Assembly: GCA_000166095.1 (NCBI GenBank)
Contig: CP002278.1
Coordinates: forward strand, 1,200,001-1,232,000
DNA from: Methanothermus fervidus DSM 2088
Lineage (GTDB): Archaea; Methanobacteriota; Methanobacteria; DSM-2088; Methanothermaceae
Direction of reading: 5' to 3'
DNA length: 32,000 nt
Shown here: in pieces, positions 18,473 through 26,003 of the stretch
How the letters are laid out: each line of letters starts with the position of its first letter
How positions within the stretch are numbered: the stretch's first letter is position 1
Made by a program: the position numbers and the translations under genes
Notes under the pieces: generated by a model
The model's database searches: none
Told to the model about the DNA's origin: nothing
Seen by the model: the letters and a program-made list of their open reading frames with translations, nothing else

Positions 18473-19324
18473 ATGAAAGCTGTGATACCTGCGGCGGGAT
18501 TAGGTACTAGACTTTTACCAATTACTAAAGCGCAGCCAAAGGAAATGTTACCTGTTTTTGATAAACCGGCTATTCAATATGTTGTAGAGGAGGCTGTGGC
18601 AGCAGGAATTGATGATATACTTATAATAACTGGTAAAGGTAAAAGATCAATAGAAGATCATTTTGATAGATCTTTTGAATTAGAATATTTTTTAAAAAAG
18701 AATAATAAAAATGAGATGCTTAATGAAATTGAAGAAATTTCAGAATTAGCTGATATTTATTATGTAAGACAAAGAGAACAAAAAGGATTAGGGGATGCTA
18801 TATATTGTGCGCGTAAGCATGTTGATGGAGAAACATTTGCTGTATTGTTGGGAGATACAATAACATATTCTAAGACACCATGCATTAAAAAATTAATGGA
18901 GATGTATAAGATATACAAATCCAGTATTGTAGCTGTTGAAGAGGTTCCAAGAAAAAAAGTAAGTAGGTATGGAATAATAAAGGGAAAAGAATTGAAAAAA
19001 AATATTTATTTGGTTGAAGACATGGTTGAAAAACCTAAAATTGAGGAAGCACCGTCAAACCTAGCTATAATTGGTAGATATATCCTTGAACCAGAAATAT
19101 TTGATTGTATAAAAGAAACAGGTCCAGGAGTTGGTGGTGAAATACAACTAACAGATGCAATGAGATTGCTAGATAGAGTATATGCTTACAAGTTTTCTGG
19201 GAAAACATATGATATTGGAAATAAAATAGATTGGCTAAAAACTTCTATAGAATTTGCACTTAGAGAAAAAGATATTAAAGAAAAACTAAAACCTTGGCTT
19301 TCAAAAATTATTAAACAAAACTAA
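18473..19324 (+). CDS. UTP--glucose-1-phosphate uridylyltransferase (GalU-type sugar-1-phosphate nucleotidyltransferase)
   Basis: KAVIPAAGLGTRLLPITKAQPKEMLPV, RQREQKGLGDAI and VLLGD are present. The ATG at 18473 is preceded by GGTGA; the track used a GTG at 18464. Confidence 0.85.
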   Translation: MKAVIPAAGLGTRLLPITKAQPKEMLPVFDKPAIQYVVEEAVAAGIDDILIITGKGKRSIEDHFDRSFELEYFLKKNNKNEMLNEIEEISELADIYYVRQREQKGLGDAIYCARKHVDGETFAVLLGDTITYSKTPCIKKLMEMYKIYKSSIVAVEEVPRKKVSRYGIIKGKELKKNIYLVEDMVEKPKIEEAPSNLAIIGRYILEPEIFDCIKETGPGVGGEIQLTDAMRLLDRVYAYKFSGKTYDIGNKIDWLKTSIEFALREKDIKEKLKPWLSKIIKQN

Positions 19325-19330
19325 TAAAAA
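19323..19330 (-). terminator. Oligo-T tract (TTTTTATT on the minus strand) directly after the tRNA 3' end
   Basis: The plus strand reads aataaaaa at 19323-19330, giving T5 immediately after the discriminator base. It overlaps the stop codon of the GalU-like gene on the other strand. Confidence 0.4.
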
Positions 19331-19404
19331 TCCCGGCTGCCGGATTTGAACCGGCGACCCGCGGATCTACAGTCCGCCGCTCTACCAGACTGAGCTAAGC
19401 CGGG
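19331..19404 (-). tRNA. tRNA-Tyr (anticodon GTA), 74 nt, no intron, CCA not encoded
   Basis: The minus strand folds as a cloverleaf. Acceptor CCCGGCT/AGCCGGG; D arm GCTC-AGTCTGGTA-GAGC; anticodon arm GCGGA-CTGTAGA-TCCGC (anticodon GTA); variable GGGTC; T arm GCCGG-TTCAAAT-CCGGC; discriminator A. The C1:G72 pair is the archaeal tRNA-Tyr identity pair. Confidence 0.9.
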
Positions 19405-19425
19405 ATATCTTTACTCACAAGATAT

Positions 19426-19449
19426 TATAAAAAAGTTCTTATATATAAA
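19426..19449 (-). promoter_or_regulatory. Candidate TATA elements upstream of tRNA-Tyr
   Basis: The minus strand reads TTTATATAT (19441-19449) and TTTTTTATAA (19426-19435). The latter ends about 20 nt upstream of the tRNA 5' end, appropriate for an archaeal TATA box. A T6 run here could also terminate the upstream operon. Confidence 0.35.
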
Positions 19450-19458
19450 TTTTTCTGT

Positions 19459-20649
19459 TCATGTAATCAATGCATAAATCAATGACAATATTATTGCTAT
19501 AACACCTAATTCCCATCTTCCAATTTGCCATCCAATAAAAGTCATTAAAAAGACAAAAATAAAAATCAAAATTCCTTCTCCCTTCCTATTCAATGCAAAA
19601 TTTATTAAAGTTCTAGTGAAATCTGAAGGAATAAAATAAGCATAAGTACCATTTGCAAGATTAAAAACTACTGTAGAGCTTGGATGCCAAAACTTTACAT
19701 CATCAGATAAATATGCATTTTCACCAGCTTCTTTCCTAGTTTTACCTACTCCAGCCCTTATTTTAACATCGTTTACTTGACTTTCCCAAATTGCTTCTAA
19801 TATTGCTTGTAATGCTAAATCTTTTGTTGGCATACTTGCAACCAAATCATCGCCACCTTTACGATAACCTTCTATTTTTCCTTCTCGTTCTTCGATTCTT
19901 TTCTTTATTTTTTCCATCACTAAACTTAAAAAGTCTCTACCATATTTCTCAATAAATTTTGTGGAATTTATTACATCAAGAAAAAGATAATTGCCATGAG
20001 TAGAATATGTTTCACCAATTTTTGAAATTTTTGATGGAAAGAGAAGTGCAAATTCCCCACCAAATTTTGTAAAAGCCACTCCTGGTATTTCACCGACTTC
20101 ATTAGTTAACTTTATAGCTCTTTCTACAGCTGCTGCAGCGGTCATTCCTACGGCAGCCCGCACATTTAAATTTTTCTCACCACCCAATGCTATAAGCTTT
20201 ATTGCTATTTTTATTGCTTCATTTTTTGATATTAATCTTGCTAATATTTCATTAGGACCTTTTTCTACAATTTCTCCTCCTTCATTTTTGATTGTATCAA
20301 TAAATTCATTCACATCAGCTTTTTCTGGAAGTTCAACATATAGATATCTATCACTGCCAACAATTATATCACTTAAAAGTGCACGTTCATTTATATCTTT
20401 CTCAGGTTTTTTTAATTCAACAAATCTACCATTTCGAGGCAAAGCAAAATTTAGTTCTTCAACTAAACTTTCAAATATGCTATTAGAATCAATTTTTGCC
20501 TTTTTAAGTTCTATCAACATAGTTTTTGTATCGTTCATCATTTTAACATATTTTTCTTCGTCTTCTGTAGTTGGACGATAATCAGTCCCAATACTAATAA
20601 TCCTTTTTCCAATAAAAAAACTTAAAATAAAGCGTAGGATCCTACCCAT
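19459..20649 (-). CDS. Membrane-anchored protein with two tandem GGDEF/Cas10-palm-like (nucleotidyl cyclase fold) modules, the second with a GGDD motif; two C-terminal TM helices
   Basis: Residues 219-303 (GNYLFLDVINSTKFIEKYGRDF...GYRKGGDDLVASMP...VKIRAGVGKT) align by eye with the GGDEF-domain order LDIDhFKxiND..G...R.GGEEF..lmP...isiGv. Residues 100-170 (RYLYVEL...EKGPNEILARL...NVRAAVGMT) repeat the same order without the acidic motif. GGT GGC GAT GAT was verified at 19846-19857. The C-terminal GILIFIFVFLMTFIGWQIG and LGVIAIILSLIYALIT are hydrophobic helices. The CDS call is strong; the functional call is inference. Confidence 0.55.
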   Translation of the reverse strand: MGRILRFILSFFIGKRIISIGTDYRPTTEDEEKYVKMMNDTKTMLIELKKAKIDSNSIFESLVEELNFALPRNGRFVELKKPEKDINERALLSDIIVGSDRYLYVELPEKADVNEFIDTIKNEGGEIVEKGPNEILARLISKNEAIKIAIKLIALGGEKNLNVRAAVGMTAAAAVERAIKLTNEVGEIPGVAFTKFGGEFALLFPSKISKIGETYSTHGNYLFLDVINSTKFIEKYGRDFLSLVMEKIKKRIEEREGKIEGYRKGGDDLVASMPTKDLALQAILEAIWESQVNDVKIRAGVGKTRKEAGENAYLSDDVKFWHPSSTVVFNLANGTYAYFIPSDFTRTLINFALNRKGEGILIFIFVFLMTFIGWQIGRWELGVIAIILSLIYALIT

Positions 20650-21669
20650 CTACTTTTGTCCTCCTTTTTCCAATGTAACCTCAAATTCACCAGGATTTTC
20701 AAGTAATACACTAGGTCTCACAGCAACTATTGGAAATCTCCAACTACCAATTCTTGCGGCAATTGTACTTGCTATATTCCTGGAATTCCTTTTTACCAAA
20801 GCATAATCATGATTATTAACTGTTATATTGACATTGTATGGTGATTCTTCCATTACATCTTCTGAAGGCAACACATTTAATTCAAAATGGTTTTTCCGCA
20901 TGAAAATATCATTTCTAACAGCTACAAGTGGACTATATTCTAATTCTAAATTATCTCTGACAGTTACAGCTATGTTGCCAGCATATTTAACAACTTTTTT
21001 ATAATCTTGTGGATTAACAAGAACAAATATTATATAGTTTCCTTCTTCAATATTTTCAACCATCTCTAGAACATTTTTTAAGACAGGAATTTTCATGAAC
21101 ACTTCTTCAACTTTTGACTCTAATCCTTCCTCATAAACCTTAATTCTACTTATAGCTTCTTTAGCTATTGCTATGCCACTAAGCTTTTTCCCATGTCTTA
21201 CATTATAGTAATCAAAACCTTTGTCTTTAAATTTGTTTAAAGCATCTAAAGTGATTTCTTTTATTATGTCTTTGACCTTCCTTACTTTTGGAATCTTTCC
21301 AATTACTATTTTATTATTTTCAAATGTGTAGGGAACTCTTCTACTATCAATATTTTTAAATTCATCTCTAAACTCTCTAAAATTGTCATTTGACAATATT
21401 TTTGCATCTTCTTCTTCTGCCAACTTTAAAATATAATGATCTGCATTTGTACCTGCAGGTACTTCCTTAATTATCCCCTTTTTTATGTATTCCTTATATT
21501 TCTCTTCATCATCAATCTTATGTTTCAAAGAAGCGTCAGCAACGACTATCGGTTTAAAACCAAGTTTTTTTACAGCCTTTATAGCTTCGATAATTCTTTT
21601 CATTATCGCCTTATTCTGATGGTGGGCAATATTTGATGCATCTATAATCATTTTCAATGGATCACCCAT
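20650..21669 (-). CDS. Zc3h12a-like NYN/PIN-type ribonuclease domain protein with an uncharacterised ~190-aa C-terminal region
   Basis: The N-terminal region reads KMIIDASNIAH...GFKPIVVADASLKHKID...GTNADHYILKLAEEEDAKILSNDNFREF. This matches the acidic-residue pattern of the RNase_Zc3h12a/NYN fold (D at strand 1, DxxxD-like, SNDxxR). I recognise no motif in the rest. Confidence 0.65.
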   Translation of the reverse strand: MGDPLKMIIDASNIAHHQNKAIMKRIIEAIKAVKKLGFKPIVVADASLKHKIDDEEKYKEYIKKGIIKEVPAGTNADHYILKLAEEEDAKILSNDNFREFRDEFKNIDSRRVPYTFENNKIVIGKIPKVRKVKDIIKEITLDALNKFKDKGFDYYNVRHGKKLSGIAIAKEAISRIKVYEEGLESKVEEVFMKIPVLKNVLEMVENIEEGNYIIFVLVNPQDYKKVVKYAGNIAVTVRDNLELEYSPLVAVRNDIFMRKNHFELNVLPSEDVMEESPYNVNITVNNHDYALVKRNSRNIASTIAARIGSWRFPIVAVRPSVLLENPGEFEVTLEKGGQK

Positions 21670-22405
21670 TTTTTCTTTTATATTTACCTAATATTTTCAT
21701 TTTTCCTTCTACTTCACATAATTTTACTTTTATTTCTTTCTCATTCACCAAATACACATTATAACTATTTGGATTTTTTGCTCTAAGTGATGGAGATGAA
21801 ACTGTACCTGCAGTTGCAAAAACACAACCTTCTAAATTCCATGAATATGGTACATGTCTATGTCCACAAACAACAAGATCCACATCGTATTTAACTAAAG
21901 ATTCTAGAATATCACCAGCGTCAAGAAGTACATTTCTTTCTCGTCCTGTTTTTGGAACGGGGATGATATGATGATGCAAGGCTACAATTTTGAATTTATT
22001 TTTTGCTTTTTTCAATTCTTTTTCAAGCCATTTTTGCTGTTCTCTTCCTATCTTTCCACAATCTAAATCAGGTTCACTACTGTCAAGTCCAATAACAACA
22101 AACTTTTTATTCTTATTTTTAAGAACACCTGATCTTGGACCAATAACTTCTTCAAATACTTCATAACCTACGTGTCTAGCATCATGATTTCCTGGTACAG
22201 TTATAGTAGGTATAATCTCTGAAATTTCATCTAAATATTTTTTTGCTTCTATAAATTCCTGATAATAACCATTGTTTGTTATATCTCCACTTACAATAAC
22301 TACATCAGGGCGGATGTTTTTAACCTGGTTCAGAGCTTTTTTTAATAATTTTTCCTTAAATTTGAATTCACCCACATGAAAATCTGAAAGGTGGGCAATT
22401 ATCAA
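21662..22405 (-). CDS. Calcineurin-like metallophosphoesterase, CpdA/Icc-like (class III phosphodiesterase-type motif set)
   Basis: The motifs are in canonical order: HLSDFH, VVIVSGDITNNG, VPGNHD, ALHHH, VVCGHRHVP. It uses a TTG start abutting the NAC stop (TAATTG). The substrate cannot be inferred from sequence. Confidence 0.75.
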   Translation of the reverse strand: MIIAHLSDFHVGEFKFKEKLLKKALNQVKNIRPDVVIVSGDITNNGYYQEFIEAKKYLDEISEIIPTITVPGNHDARHVGYEVFEEVIGPRSGVLKNKNKKFVVIGLDSSEPDLDCGKIGREQQKWLEKELKKAKNKFKIVALHHHIIPVPKTGRERNVLLDAGDILESLVKYDVDLVVCGHRHVPYSWNLEGCVFATAGTVSSPSLRAKNPNSYNVYLVNEKEIKVKLCEVEGKMKILGKYKRKNG

Positions 22406-22747
22406 TTAACTCAGCCTCATAATTGCTTCTGCGATGTCACCATTACTTTCTTTTAAGGCTTTTTCAGCCTCATCCCTACTAACTCCTGTTTGTTCCATAA
22501 CAAGCTTAATATCTTCTTCAGGTATTTTTTCCTCAACTTTTCTTTCTTCAACTTTACCAGTCACTTGATATGTCTTTTGACCCATTAGATCCATCAAAGT
22601 TACACTGGGATTCTTTATAACAAGCTCTTTGTCATTCATTTTAATAATAACTTCATTAACACCTTTTAATTCTTCCATTTTCATTCCCATTTGCTTCATA
22701 ACTTTTTGCATACGTCTCAACTGTCTTGGATCCATACCAGGTATCAT
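22406..22747 (-). CDS. nac: Nascent polypeptide-associated complex protein (archaeal NAC alpha with C-terminal UBA domain)
   Basis: The NAC domain includes KMEELKGVNEVIIKMNDKELVIKNPSVTLMDLMGQKTYQV. The UBA-like tail is EEDIKLVMEQTGVSRDEAEKALKESNGDIAEAIMRL. Confidence 0.9.
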   Translation of the reverse strand: MIPGMDPRQLRRMQKVMKQMGMKMEELKGVNEVIIKMNDKELVIKNPSVTLMDLMGQKTYQVTGKVEERKVEEKIPEEDIKLVMEQTGVSRDEAEKALKESNGDIAEAIMRLS

Positions 22748-24708
22748 TCACTCCACTCCTTTCTATTTTTTACAGCCACTCCTCTCTCAAACTCCATCAT
22801 TTCATAGCTAGATAATACAGCTTTACCAAATGCGATTAATTCATCATCCTTATTAACAACTAAAACTTCGTCATTTGCTCTTATCTTTTTATCACAATCT
22901 ATAATAAATTTGGCAAATACATTTCTACCAGCTTTTACGAATGGTTCTGCTTCCTCATTAACAACGACTCTATTTAATGGATATTCTCTATTTTCATGTA
23001 ATTTTTTTGCTCCATCCCAAGTTAGTATTATAAACCCATCTGGTGGTCGTATAGTAGCTAAAAGAACATCGTCTTCATAAATATACCTTATTCTCCCAGT
23101 TTTTCTACTTCTCAACACTCTAATATTTCCATTAAATAAGGCTTCTCCACTTCCTTCACCAAATTGATAATCAGCCATTAATTTTACTATTTCTAGATCT
23201 TCAATTTTTGTTTCTATTTCTATATCATCTCTGTATTTATTTGATAAACCAAGATCAAATCTTTCATTTACAAGTTCATTGACAAGAACTTCTTCATATT
23301 CTTCAAACAAATCCTCAATTTTTTTAATTAAAAATTCTTTCATCTCTAAATCATAATTTTTTGGAACTTCGCATTGAGCAAGAGGATATAATTCATCTAC
23401 GCCTAGAGGAATTATACAAAATGGAACATCCACAACAAAAAATTGGGATTCTTCTATAGGTTTACTAGAATTTCCTATACGATAGAATCCTTTAATTTTC
23501 TTAGGAATATTTCTATTGTATGGTTTACCATAAGAAGGTAACAATATTGCCCTACTCCTTTTTGGTAATTGTTTAATTTTTTTAAAATGACGATATATTT
23601 CCACACGTCTTAAACTTTCAGGGCCTAAGTAAAAGAATGCTGAAGGTTTTGTTACAGGATCATATTTTTCTATAAATTTTTTATATTTAAGAAGTTCTCT
23701 ATAAGCATCTAAAAGTGTTGGATGAGATCTACATCTTTTTTCAACAAGTTCCATCAATGATCCATCATATATTGCCTGCCTAACTCTTCTCATCTCACTA
23801 AAACTTACATAAAGATTATGTTGAGATATCAATTTATATCTTTCATCTTTTTCCATTCTCCTCAATTCCTCAGGCGTATATTCTAGACATATTGGACATG
23901 TGCATGGCATTTCTTGTAAATCTTGGAGTTTATAAGTTCCATGTGGACTTAAAAATCTATCATCTTGTGCATATAACATATAAGCGGCTGAATCAAATAA
24001 ATCACAGCCCATAGCTACCATCAATGCAAATAACATTGGATGCCCAGCACCCATAAGATGTATAGGACGAGAACGTGGTAAATGTTGAACTGAAGACATG
24101 ACTATATTTACTATTGTTCTGTAATCATAAGATTCAAGTAGTGGAACAACAGCGCCTATTGGATGCACATCAAAAGAATATTTACTTAATTCCTTTGCAC
24201 AACGGGCTCTAAGGTCAGGATATGTTGATCCTTGTACTACAGCATTAAGTAGCATATCTTTCCTATAATCTAAAGATTCTATAGCTCTTTTAATTGTTAT
24301 GTCTAATTCTTCTTCTGCTCTTTTTCTACTAACATATGGTGGTGTGGGTATATCTAATGAAGTTCCAATATCTGAACCTATTTTTTCTTGGAACTCAATT
24401 ATTTCTTTATTACTAACATCAATATCTCCATATTTAGAAAGTTGGAAAGAACCTGAATCAGTCATTACAACTCCATCAAAATCTATTAATTTATGTACAC
24501 CTTTTTTAATTGCTTCTTCTCTAAGTTCTTCATCTCTGTAGATTATATATGCGTTAGTAATGACTATCTCTTTGTTAAATTTTTTTATGTCAAATTCTTG
24601 TTTTTTTGGATGAATAACTGGCATTAAGGTAGGGGTTTGAACTTTTTTATTTTTCACTGTAAATATGCCAATTCTTCCAAGTCCATCTTTTCTCTTTATT
24701 TCAAACAT
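22744..24708 (-). CDS. tgtA: Archaeosine tRNA-guanine transglycosylase (ArcTGT) with C-terminal PUA domain
   Basis: MFEIKRKDGLGRIGIFTV...VQTPTLMPVIHP, VMTDSGSFQ, the zinc site CTCPICLEY and the long C-terminal extension are typical of the archaeal enzyme (654 aa). Confidence 0.9.
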   Translation of the reverse strand: MFEIKRKDGLGRIGIFTVKNKKVQTPTLMPVIHPKKQEFDIKKFNKEIVITNAYIIYRDEELREEAIKKGVHKLIDFDGVVMTDSGSFQLSKYGDIDVSNKEIIEFQEKIGSDIGTSLDIPTPPYVSRKRAEEELDITIKRAIESLDYRKDMLLNAVVQGSTYPDLRARCAKELSKYSFDVHPIGAVVPLLESYDYRTIVNIVMSSVQHLPRSRPIHLMGAGHPMLFALMVAMGCDLFDSAAYMLYAQDDRFLSPHGTYKLQDLQEMPCTCPICLEYTPEELRRMEKDERYKLISQHNLYVSFSEMRRVRQAIYDGSLMELVEKRCRSHPTLLDAYRELLKYKKFIEKYDPVTKPSAFFYLGPESLRRVEIYRHFKKIKQLPKRSRAILLPSYGKPYNRNIPKKIKGFYRIGNSSKPIEESQFFVVDVPFCIIPLGVDELYPLAQCEVPKNYDLEMKEFLIKKIEDLFEEYEEVLVNELVNERFDLGLSNKYRDDIEIETKIEDLEIVKLMADYQFGEGSGEALFNGNIRVLRSRKTGRIRYIYEDDVLLATIRPPDGFIILTWDGAKKLHENREYPLNRVVVNEEAEPFVKAGRNVFAKFIIDCDKKIRANDEVLVVNKDDELIAFGKAVLSSYEMMEFERGVAVKNRKEWSE

Positions 24709-24719
24709 ATAAATGTCAC

Positions 24720-25853
24720 CTATTGAATGGTTTCTTTAATTTTTTTCAAGCGCTTACGCATCATCAATATTCTTTCCCTAGAATTCTTTGGACGTGGTTC
24801 ATTACAACCACAGATACATTTATCAAACTGTGGACATACAATATACTTGGCCTCATAACTATTTATCTCAATCCCAAATTTCTGTGCATTTTTAATAGCC
24901 CTTGTATTTGCCTCAGCTTTCCCTAAATACAATGGAGTTCTAGCTGAGGAGGATAAATATTCCTTATGTCTTGCCTTCTTTCTTTCAATTTTTCTTCTCT
25001 TTAAAATTTTTTCTGCAGGATCATTTAAATTTGGATCTCTAAATGGTATTCCCACATCACTTAAGGCTATCATTCTTTCATCATCAACATTAAGTTGTTT
25101 TTTTATGAGGGAAGGATTTGGGGATGCTATAGTCCCTCCACGTTTTCTACCAAATATAGGACCTTCCCCTATATAAAATCCCACTTCAATCATCCCAGAT
25201 CTTACTGGAGCAGCAGATGTATAAGTTGTTAAAATACTATTTTTATTCATAACCCTAATAACTTCATTGAAAAATTCAACAGTGTATAATTCTGGAGATC
25301 TTAAAGGACTATAAGCATCTAAAAATACCACATCATAATAATCAGATTTTAAATTTTTTATAACATCTCTTGCATCATTACAGAATACATTAATTTTTAT
25401 GTTTTTTCTCTTGTCTTTTGTTTTGTTGTCAATTTTTTTCAATACTCCCTCTTCATAAAGTTTCTTTTTATATACAGTTTTAATAAGCTTGTGAGAATCT
25501 ATGGGACTTGGTATTAACGTTGCTAACAATAATACTTCTTTTGATATTTCAATCATGTCTATTTTTAAATTATTTTTCTTTTTATGAATTAATGCAGCAG
25601 AATTATAACCCAATCCTGAACATATGTCCAAAACTTTGAGTTTTTCTTTTTTTAATACTTCAATAGGTTTAACAAATTTTTCAAATGATTCTGTAATTGC
25701 ACCATGGATTGTATGCATCGTTTCATTAAAATTAGATTTAACTGTATATGAACCATCTTTAGTCTTAATTAAATATTTCATTAATTTACCTTTGACGTTG
25801 TAACCTTCTAGATACTTCTTCAGTAATTTGGAGACTCTACTGTCTAATTTCAT
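24720..25853 (-). CDS. MnmC2/DUF752-like SAM-dependent (tRNA U34 aminomethyl-type) methyltransferase with a basic, Cys-rich C-terminal extension
   Basis: LIKTKDGSYTVKSNFNETMHTIHGAITESFEKFV resembles the start of the MnmC methyltransferase domain. VLDICSGLGYNSAALI is SAM motif I, and VFLDAYSP is present. The extension (about residues 265-377) is Lys/Arg-rich and contains CPQFDKCICGC. The specific substrate is inference. Confidence 0.6.
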   Translation of the reverse strand: MKLDSRVSKLLKKYLEGYNVKGKLMKYLIKTKDGSYTVKSNFNETMHTIHGAITESFEKFVKPIEVLKKEKLKVLDICSGLGYNSAALIHKKKNNLKIDMIEISKEVLLLATLIPSPIDSHKLIKTVYKKKLYEEGVLKKIDNKTKDKRKNIKINVFCNDARDVIKNLKSDYYDVVFLDAYSPLRSPELYTVEFFNEVIRVMNKNSILTTYTSAAPVRSGMIEVGFYIGEGPIFGRKRGGTIASPNPSLIKKQLNVDDERMIALSDVGIPFRDPNLNDPAEKILKRRKIERKKARHKEYLSSSARTPLYLGKAEANTRAIKNAQKFGIEINSYEAKYIVCPQFDKCICGCNEPRPKNSRERILMMRKRLKKIKETIQ

Positions 25854-25888
25854 ATTTGTACCATAATTTTGTTAAAATTAGAGATTAA

Positions 25889-25938
25889 TCAGTATTTCTT
25901 TTTCATCATCAAAATTCAGATAGCGAAATGTTCATCAT
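25889..25938 (-). ncRNA. Candidate archaeal C/D box sRNA (2'-O-methylation guide)
   Basis: The minus strand reads gc-ATGATGA-acatttcgctat-CTGA-attttg-ATGATGA-aaaagaaata-CTGA. This gives perfect C and C' boxes (RUGAUGA) and perfect D' and D boxes (CUGA). The D' guide is 12 nt, the loop 6 nt, the D guide 10 nt (short), and the core 50 nt. It is intergenic, 36 nt upstream of the methyltransferase start, on the same strand. Confidence 0.6.
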
Positions 25939-26003
25939 GCTATTATAGTTTATATTAGTGAATTAATAATATTTTTTCAAATAAAACTTTTTTGGGGATT
26001 ATA

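Noticed and set aside
19331-19458. tRNA-Tyr as a possible integration site for a mobile element that would carry the adjacent trio
   Set aside because: I saw no integrase or recombinase gene and no duplicated copy of the tRNA 3' segment in the window. The adjacent genes are fused into a housekeeping operon. A whole-genome att-repeat search would be needed for certainty.
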